Assembly: GCA_965207365.1 (NCBI GenBank)
Contig: OZ242281.1
Coordinates: 2,367,218 to 2,431,217, forward strand
Direction of reading: 5' to 3'
Source of the DNA: Dehalococcoidia bacterium
Lineage (GTDB): Bacteria > Chloroflexota > Dehalococcoidia > Bin125
DNA: 64,000 nt
A model generated the notes under the pieces. The model saw only the letters and a program-made list of their open reading frames with translations. It was not told the DNA's origin and made no database searches. Position numbers and translations under genes: made by a program. Below, in pieces: positions 57,776 through 64,000 of the stretch; within the stretch, counting starts at the first letter, position 1, and every line of letters starts with the position of its first letter.

Positions 57776-59698
57776 ATGCATGAGGAGATTAGCTTTCTCC
57801 CCCTGCTGATCATTTCTGTGTTTGCGGTTCTGGTGCCGTTTCTCACGTTTCGCTTGACCGGTGGGATGTTGCCCGCGGTGGTGGGCGAGGTGGTGATTGG
57901 CATTGTCTTTGGCGAGCACGTCTTAGGCGTGATCACTCCTAGCGAGTGGCTCGACTTTCTCGCCCTGTTCGGCTTCGCCTATCTGATGTTCCTTTCGGGA
58001 CTTGAGATCAACCTAAATCTCCTCACGACCTCGCTGGGACCGCGTTGGTATAACCCGCGCGTCGCATTGCGTCATCCGCTGGTGTCTGGGTTGTTGTTCA
58101 CCGTGCTCACGATCGCGGTGACCTACATCGCGCTGCGATTGCTTCAAGAGATCGGTGTGATCGAAGCTCCATCGACGCTGATGCTCGTCTTTATCTTCAT
58201 AGCCACCTCGGTTGGCGTGCTGGTGCCGGTGCTCAAGGATCGACCGGATCTCGGGAACGTGGGCCAGGCGATTCTCATGGGTGGATTTCTGGTTGAGTTG
58301 GTGGCGATCGTCGGTGTGGGCATTGTGGCAGCGCTCGAGCGAACCGGCGTGGGACTTGAAATGGCGTTGCTGGTGGCGATGCCCGTCGCGTTGGGATTCC
58401 TCGTGTGGTCCGCCAAGAGCGGGGGCGTCCGATTCCCAATCGTCGCCAGAACCCTGCAGGAGCTGGCCGACACGTCGGCGCAGCTAAAGATTCGAGCCGC
58501 CTTGGTCGTGATGATCGCTTTTGTGGCGCTCTCAGAGGTCGTTGGAACCGAGTTGGTCCTGGGCGCGTTCCTGGCGGGACTCGCGGCGACCGTGATCTCA
58601 CCTCAGCATGGCTCGGCCGTGCGAGTCAGGCTCGACGCGATGGGTTACGGCTTCTTCGTCCCGTTGTTCTTTATCCACGCAGGCGCGACGCTCGATTTTG
58701 GTGTGGCCTTTCAGTCGCTCGACGCCTTCATCATCGCTGCGGTGTTCCTGTTCTTGGCGTTCCTGATCAAGATGCTGCCCGCGGTGCTGACGCTCTCGCC
58801 TGCGCATGGGTTGCGTAGTGGTCTGAGTGGAGGCGCATTGCTGAGCGCCAACCTGAGTCTGGTGATCGCAGCAGGAGCGATCGCCGAGGATCTGGGCATC
58901 ATCGACAATGAGATGTACGGGGCGCTACTGCTGATGGCGTTGCTCTCAACCGTGCTCGCCCCGCTCCTGTTCAATGCGATCTCCGGGCGCGCGCCAGAGC
59001 CGTCGGAGGGTCCCATCGTCGTGATTGGGAGTAGTGTCCTGGCCCAGTCGATCACACATCGATTGGCCTCGGCTGGTCGCTTGGTGTCGGTGATCAGCAC
59101 CGCAGAGGTGGATGTTCACGATGTGCCGAGACCAGACCGCGTGATGCTGATTCCAGGCGATCCATTGAACGAGCGAGTGCAAGGGCTGGCCGGGATCCCG
59201 GTTGCTGAGACAGTGGCGATTGCGGATTTCGAGCCCATCGAGCAAGTCGAAGCGATTGCCGCCGCGATACGACGTAACCACCACGATCTGCGAATCGTGA
59301 CCTGGCTGCCGGAGAGAAATGCCCGGCTGGAACAGTTGGAAGTCGAGTGCATCCTGCAAGAGGAGTCGGAAGTGGGTGCGTTGGAGAGCGCGCTGTTGCG
59401 TCCCGGCCTGTATCACGCGTTGAGCGACGCCGAGTCTGGGGTCGTCGAAGTGGCCATGCGCAATCTCACCATCCATGGTCGGGCCTTGCGCGAACTGCGC
59501 TTCGCCGGCGGCGTGAGGGTGCTGGTGGTAAGACGGAAAGGTGAGTCGATGGTCGCGGATGGCGACACTGTGCTCATGCGAGGCGACTATGTGACGCTCG
59601 GCGGAGAGCCGGCGGCGGTCGCGGAGGTGAGCGCGACGTTACAAGATCGCGGCACGAGGCTGCCGCTCGCGCCGACGCAGTGGTCGTCTGGTAGCTGA
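57776..59698 (+). CDS. CPA2-family cation:proton antiporter with a C-terminal RCK/TrkA domain
   Basis: ATG after AGGAGG. About 12 TM helices, then GPIVVIGSSVLAQS (Rossmann) and the TrkA-C segment. Confidence 0.85.
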   Translation: MHEEISFLPLLIISVFAVLVPFLTFRLTGGMLPAVVGEVVIGIVFGEHVLGVITPSEWLDFLALFGFAYLMFLSGLEINLNLLTTSLGPRWYNPRVALRHPLVSGLLFTVLTIAVTYIALRLLQEIGVIEAPSTLMLVFIFIATSVGVLVPVLKDRPDLGNVGQAILMGGFLVELVAIVGVGIVAALERTGVGLEMALLVAMPVALGFLVWSAKSGGVRFPIVARTLQELADTSAQLKIRAALVVMIAFVALSEVVGTELVLGAFLAGLAATVISPQHGSAVRVRLDAMGYGFFVPLFFIHAGATLDFGVAFQSLDAFIIAAVFLFLAFLIKMLPAVLTLSPAHGLRSGLSGGALLSANLSLVIAAGAIAEDLGIIDNEMYGALLLMALLSTVLAPLLFNAISGRAPEPSEGPIVVIGSSVLAQSITHRLASAGRLVSVISTAEVDVHDVPRPDRVMLIPGDPLNERVQGLAGIPVAETVAIADFEPIEQVEAIAAAIRRNHHDLRIVTWLPERNARLEQLEVECILQEESEVGALESALLRPGLYHALSDAESGVVEVAMRNLTIHGRALRELRFAGGVRVLVVRRKGESMVADGDTVLMRGDYVTLGGEPAAVAEVSATLQDRGTRLPLAPTQWSSGS

Positions 59699-59708
59699 CT
59701 GCAGGGCG

Positions 59709-60539
59709 TTAGCGCTGCTGCGCCTGCTCGGAGCCGATTCCGGCGAGATGACCGAGATAGATCGGCACGAGCGGCAAGACGCAGGGGCTGATGAAGCTGA
59801 CGAACCCGCCCGCGAATGCGATCGCTGCTGAGCCGGCGTTGAGGTCGAGCATTTCCGTCGATGAGCCGTCGGAACCGGCCAGTACATCAACACCGAAGCT
59901 GCCTAACGCTTCATTGAGCACCACGACGCGGTCAAGGGCGATCAGCATCCCGACAAAGACCAGCAGCACACCGGAGACGACGCCGATTAGCGGCATCCAG
60001 CGATTCAGCTTGCGCAGGAACTGGGTCGACGCGCCAAAGGTCGCGCCCACAATCAGGAAGGGGATGCCGAGTCCGGCCGCGTAACAGATCAGCAGGATGA
60101 TCGCCTGGAAGAGTGAGGCGGAATCGAGCGCAAGGACGAGGATGCCGGCCAGAATCGGCCCGACGCACGGTGTCCAACCGACGGAGAATGCCACACCGAC
60201 GACGACTGAACGTCCGTAGTCTGCGGCGGCCCGGGTGCGGGACACCTCGCCGCCAGGCGAAGCGGTTGATGGTCCGCCAGGTCCGCCAACCTGGAAGCTG
60301 CGGTACAGCAGCGGGATCGTGATTACTTCTGCGAGGTGCAGCCCGAGAATCACCAGCAGAACGCCTGCGACACGCTGGAACCAGATCAGTTCGTCCTGGA
60401 AGGCGGAGCCGAGTGCTCCCAGCAACGCCCCAAGCGCGACAAAGACGACGCTGAATCCAAGTACAAAGGACGCCGCGTGCAGAAACACGACTCGTCGTGC
60501 AGTGGTCTGTCCGCCAACGGCCCCGGTTGCGATCGCCAT
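59709..60539 (-). CDS. ccdA: CcdA/DsbD-family transmembrane thiol-disulfide transfer protein, with apparent permuted motif order
   Basis: GWTPCVGPILAGIL is in TM3 and FVSFISPCVLPLVPIYL is in the last TM. 6 TM. Confidence 0.72.
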   Translation of the reverse strand: MAIATGAVGGQTTARRVVFLHAASFVLGFSVVFVALGALLGALGSAFQDELIWFQRVAGVLLVILGLHLAEVITIPLLYRSFQVGGPGGPSTASPGGEVSRTRAAADYGRSVVVGVAFSVGWTPCVGPILAGILVLALDSASLFQAIILLICYAAGLGIPFLIVGATFGASTQFLRKLNRWMPLIGVVSGVLLVFVGMLIALDRVVVLNEALGSFGVDVLAGSDGSSTEMLDLNAGSAAIAFAGGFVSFISPCVLPLVPIYLGHLAGIGSEQAQQR

Positions 60540-60584
60540 ACGCTCAGTCTACGCCAAACATGGGATGATTGAGCATTTCGGGGA

Positions 60585-61463
60585 CTAGTGTGAAACTCCC
60601 GCGTCCTCTTCTGCGGAGAGCAAGGTCGCCATTACCGACTTCATGCCGTGGCCGCGATTCTTGGCTCGATTCAGTGTGTCACTGGAAGCTGAGGCAATGG
60701 GCGAAGGAATACCAGCTTCGCGAGCGACCTGGACTGCCAGGGAGACATCCTTGGCCGCCCATTTGAGGAAGAATGATGCGTCGTCAAAGTTGCGCTCCAG
60801 CAGAGTCGGCACGTTGTGGACGTAGTGCTGGGCCGAGGCGACGCTCATTACCTCGTAGGCTCGTTCGGCTTCCAATCCGGCAGCCTCAGCGATCACCAGT
60901 GCCTCGATCACTACTTGGATCGAGGAGATGCTGACCATGTTGTTGACAATCTTGGTCAGCGCGCCCATGCCCGAGTCGCCCATGTGAAACACATTGTCGC
61001 CGATGCACTCAAGCACGGGCTTGTACTTCTCGAAGGCGGCCTTGTCTCCACCGACCATGACCGCCAGCGTCGCGTCGATTGCGCCCTGGACGCCATTTGA
61101 AACTGGGGAGTCGAGGAACGTTACCCCTTGCTCGGCGGCGCGCTCGGCGAGCAGTTTGACGGTCGAGGGCAGATTGGTGGACAGGTCGAAGCAGACCAAT
61201 CCCGGTTCTGCTCCCTCCAACAGGCCATCCGCGCCGCGCAAGACGCTCGAGACCTCTGGCGGACCGGGCAGCGATAACAGCGTGACTTCGGTCTGCGCGG
61301 CGACTTCGGCGGGAGAATCTGCCCAGGTCGCACCGAGTTCGATCAGGTTGGCGGCCTGTTCCTCGACCAGGTCATTGACCACGACCCGGTGTCCACCCTT
61401 GATCACGTTCGCGCACATGGGGTTGCCGATGTTGCCTACGCCGATGAAGCCAACGTCCGACAT
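60585..61463 (-). CDS. NAD(P)-dependent 3-hydroxyisobutyrate / 6-phosphogluconate dehydrogenase-family oxidoreductase
   Basis: MSDVGFIGVGNIGNPM...; the layout matches MmsB/GarR. Confidence 0.88.
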   Translation of the reverse strand: MSDVGFIGVGNIGNPMCANVIKGGHRVVVNDLVEEQAANLIELGATWADSPAEVAAQTEVTLLSLPGPPEVSSVLRGADGLLEGAEPGLVCFDLSTNLPSTVKLLAERAAEQGVTFLDSPVSNGVQGAIDATLAVMVGGDKAAFEKYKPVLECIGDNVFHMGDSGMGALTKIVNNMVSISSIQVVIEALVIAEAAGLEAERAYEVMSVASAQHYVHNVPTLLERNFDDASFFLKWAAKDVSLAVQVAREAGIPSPIASASSDTLNRAKNRGHGMKSVMATLLSAEEDAGVSH

Positions 61464-61519
61464 AGAGTGTTCCTCTCTGGTAGTCGCGCTCGGGTTGGAC
61501 TTGCAGGGTAAACGTCGCG

Positions 61520-61942
61520 TCAGGCGTGGCGGTTGCGGTAATGGCGGTCGTCGGGCATGGGCAAGTCGGACGGGAGGGACTGATGGGCACGTTCCATGAG
61601 GGCAACGAACTCCGTGATGGCCTCAAGTCGCTCGTCGATCATGTCCAACTGGAGCCTGTCTTCGTAGTAGTTCTGATGCGTATCGCTTGCGACACCGAAC
61701 AGCTCGGATATGCGCCTGCTGCTGACCTCACGAGCGATGTAGTGCACAATTGAGAACCCATCAGTGTGGCTGTCGTTGGGCCAGTTGCGCTCAGTGGCGA
61801 TCTGCTTGACCTTGTGCGCCGCTGCTCCCCAGATCTTTTCCGAGGCTTGCAGCCGGTCGCCTTGCTCGATCATCTCGGCCGCGTGGTCCAGCATGCGCTG
61901 GCTGTGGACCGCGTGACTTTCGATCGGCTCCGTCGTGGTCAT
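61520..61942 (-). CDS. PaREP1/HEPN-like helical protein (hypothetical)
   Basis: Start at MTTTEP after GGAG. QASEKIWGAAAHKVKQIA matches the PaREP1-like EKxWGA motif. Confidence 0.4.
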   Translation of the reverse strand: MTTTEPIESHAVHSQRMLDHAAEMIEQGDRLQASEKIWGAAAHKVKQIATERNWPNDSHTDGFSIVHYIAREVSSRRISELFGVASDTHQNYYEDRLQLDMIDERLEAITEFVALMERAHQSLPSDLPMPDDRHYRNRHA

Positions 61943-62019
61943 GTTGTTGCTCCATCTCTCAGCAGTCACCACGATACGAGGTTTCAGGCTCTGGAGGATG
62001 GCAGGGGTATCCTGCCTCG

Positions 62020-63228
62020 GTGAGCGAGCGAGTTCCTGAAGCAATGTCTGCAGCAAGGACGTTGGACGGCGTCCGCGTGCTGGAGTTGTCGGAAACGGCA
62101 GCAGGAGCATATTGCGGACGACTGCTGGCCGGACTCGGCGCTCAAGTCACGATGATCGAGCCACCTGGAGGGTCGCCGCTCCGACGTCGAGGGCCGTTTC
62201 GAGACGATATGCCCGACATGGAGGGCGGAGCGACACACTTGCACCTGAATCGGCGGAAGGGTTCATTGCGAATCGACCTGCGCACGGCTGCTGGTCGTCG
62301 GCTGCTTGATGCGTGTTTGGGTGAGGTTGATGTGGTTGTTGTCGAAGTGGATCGGCGGCGGTGGGATGACTACGGAATCAATCCGGACGCGCTCCGCGCC
62401 GAGCAGCCCGACCTGCACGTCTGCTTGATCACTCCGTACGGAATTGAGGGACCCAAAGCGGAATGGCTCGGTTCGGAGCTGACGCTCTACGCCTCGGGGG
62501 GATACCTGCGGATTGGCGGCGAGCCGGATCGTGAGCCGGTCAAAGCATGGGGCGAGCAAGGTCATCAGCAGGCCGGACTGCACGCGGCGTTGGGCATCGT
62601 CTCGGCCTTGTACGCCGATTCCGGAGGACAGCAAATCGATACGGCGGTCTACGAGGCGCTCGCGTTTCTGCTCGGCGGCGGCTATCAACACGCCTGGTTT
62701 GCTGATTCCGAGCCGAAGCGGAATGGCGCACGCCTAGTGGGATTTGGTCCTGGACACCTGTATCCATCGACTATCCGACCCTGCGCTGATGGCTGGGTCC
62801 ACGCGCACTGCAACAATCGCTATCCCGAGGCGATGGCGGTGTTGTTTGATGAGCCGCGTCTGGCCGCGCCGGAGCTCCTGGCTGAGCTGATGGGTAGAGC
62901 AGACGAAGTAGACGAACTGATGGCCCCAGTGCTCATGCGGACCCCGCGCCGCGAAGTCGTGAAGCGCGCGCAGGAATTGCGGATTCCCTTCACAGAAGTG
63001 CTGGCCCCGTCGGAGGTGATGGCCGATGCCGATGGCCATCATGCTTCACGAGACTTCTGGCAGGCGACCGAGCATCCTCGAGGTGGCGAGTACCAGGCAT
63101 CGGGTCCGGCGGTACGGTTTGGCAAGACGAAGTGGGTTGATGGCACAGCGCCGCTGCTGGGTCAGAACAACGATCGGCTTGGGTCACTCGAGGATCGGGT
63201 TCGATGGAGGCGCGCTGGTGTTGCCTGA
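62020..63228 (+). CDS. CaiB/BaiF family-III CoA-transferase
   Basis: LDGVRVLELSETAAGAYCGRLLAGLGAQV...; family III fold. 402 aa. Confidence 0.88.
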   Translation: MSERVPEAMSAARTLDGVRVLELSETAAGAYCGRLLAGLGAQVTMIEPPGGSPLRRRGPFRDDMPDMEGGATHLHLNRRKGSLRIDLRTAAGRRLLDACLGEVDVVVVEVDRRRWDDYGINPDALRAEQPDLHVCLITPYGIEGPKAEWLGSELTLYASGGYLRIGGEPDREPVKAWGEQGHQQAGLHAALGIVSALYADSGGQQIDTAVYEALAFLLGGGYQHAWFADSEPKRNGARLVGFGPGHLYPSTIRPCADGWVHAHCNNRYPEAMAVLFDEPRLAAPELLAELMGRADEVDELMAPVLMRTPRREVVKRAQELRIPFTEVLAPSEVMADADGHHASRDFWQATEHPRGGEYQASGPAVRFGKTKWVDGTAPLLGQNNDRLGSLEDRVRWRRAGVA

Positions 63229-63990
63229 GCCTCGGTTGGTGCCGTATCCGGACTCACCTTGCCGTCCCTTGGGCGGGATACGCGTGCTCGACCTCACGAC
63301 TGCCGTCGCCGGGCCTGTTGCCGCCCTGCTCTTGGGAGCGTTAGGGGCAGAGGTCCTACGTATTGAGACTCCCTGGGCGCGACCTGCGAATCCTGCATCC
63401 GCATTACCGCACCGTGGAAAAGGCCTTGATCAGCCGTGGAATCGTGAAGCGAGACTGAACGAATTGGCCAACAGCAAGCGCTCCGTGGCGCTCAACCTGA
63501 CCACGGAATCGGGCCGTGAGATCTTCCTCGATCTGGTCGAACACTCTGACGTTGTCCTCGAGAATTACTCACCGCGGGTGATGGGAAACTTCGGCCTTGA
63601 ATGGGAAACCCTGAGCCAGCGGAATCCTAACATCATCTATGTGGCGATGCCGGCGTTCGGGAAGTCTGGTCCCTGGCGCGACCGCATTTCCTATGGGCCT
63701 GGGATTGACGCGATGAGTGGGATGTCCTGGCTGACCGGATACGCTGATGGCTCGCCGCTCAAGCCGGGCAACTTCTACTGCGATCAGAACGCCGGTTTGC
63801 ACGCGGCGCTGTCGACCGTGGCCGCGATCATGGCGCGCCGTCGAGTAGGTGGACAGACGGTCGAGTTGGCGATGTTGGAAGGCGAGTTGCAACTCATTGG
63901 CGAGGCAATGGTCGGTCAGCAGCTCTCAGGTCGAGAACCCACACGGATTGGCAACGAACATACGTCAGCCGCTCCGCATGGTGTGTATCC
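63218..63990 (+). CDS. Second CaiB/BaiF family-III CoA-transferase (5' partial; runs off the window)
   Basis: GTG/TTG start overlapping the upstream stop. LGGIRVLDLTTAVAGPVAALLLGALGAEV... and the Asp-containing loop GYADG. Confidence 0.85.
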
Positions 63991-64000
63991 AGCGCAGCCG

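Overview
Summary: this is a high-GC (~62-65%) bacterial chromosomal segment that is densely coding on both strands. The gene content suggests Chloroflexota (possibly SAR202-like) or Actinomycetota, based on F420/luciferase-like oxidoreductases, CaiB-type CoA-transferases, short-chain dehydrogenases, CoxMSL and the glyoxylate shunt.

Core genes I could recognise:
- carB and pyrK
- SMP-30/gluconolactonase and 5-formyl-THF cyclo-ligase
- two tandem GyrI-like proteins
- tRNA-Gly(TCC) on the minus strand
- primary sigma-70 (rpoD) on the minus strand
- aceB-aceA (glyoxylate shunt)
- M3 oligopeptidase, an IDH-family dehydrogenase, metH and nhaA
- a CoxM/CoxS/CoxL-type molybdenum hydroxylase followed by a MoaD-like GG-terminated carrier
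- tandem short-chain dehydrogenases, two LLM oxidoreductases and two CaiB/BaiF CoA-transferases
- a copper-handling operon: CopC, a PD40 beta-propeller, and a CopC-CopD-cytochrome c fusion
- a pair of ferritin-like diiron proteins
- a CPA2/RCK antiporter and a CcdA-like protein

Accessory content:
- The clearest accessory region is ~13.7-22.1 kb. It has lower GC than its flanks and runs BrnT/BrnA-like TA, a large secreted HExxH protein, an LLM gene, a fused PD-(D/E)xK nuclease plus gamma-class N6-adenine methyltransferase (MmeI-like Type IIG architecture), then two tandem HicB-HicA modules.
- The nuclease-methyltransferase gene is interrupted at a G12 homopolymer, which would make it phase-variable.
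- It also carries an in-frame 39-bp x4 tandem repeat and may have a second frame break in its C-terminal region.
- A second BrnT/BrnA copy (4.5 kb) is fused into one ORF by a 1-nt indel.
- A MazF-like TA pair sits at 41.7-42.2 kb.

Intergenic spacers carry at least five families of short hairpin (REP/BIME-like) repeats. These include a conspicuous ~80-100 bp palindromic element present twice. No CRISPR array, rRNA, transposase or integrase was found.
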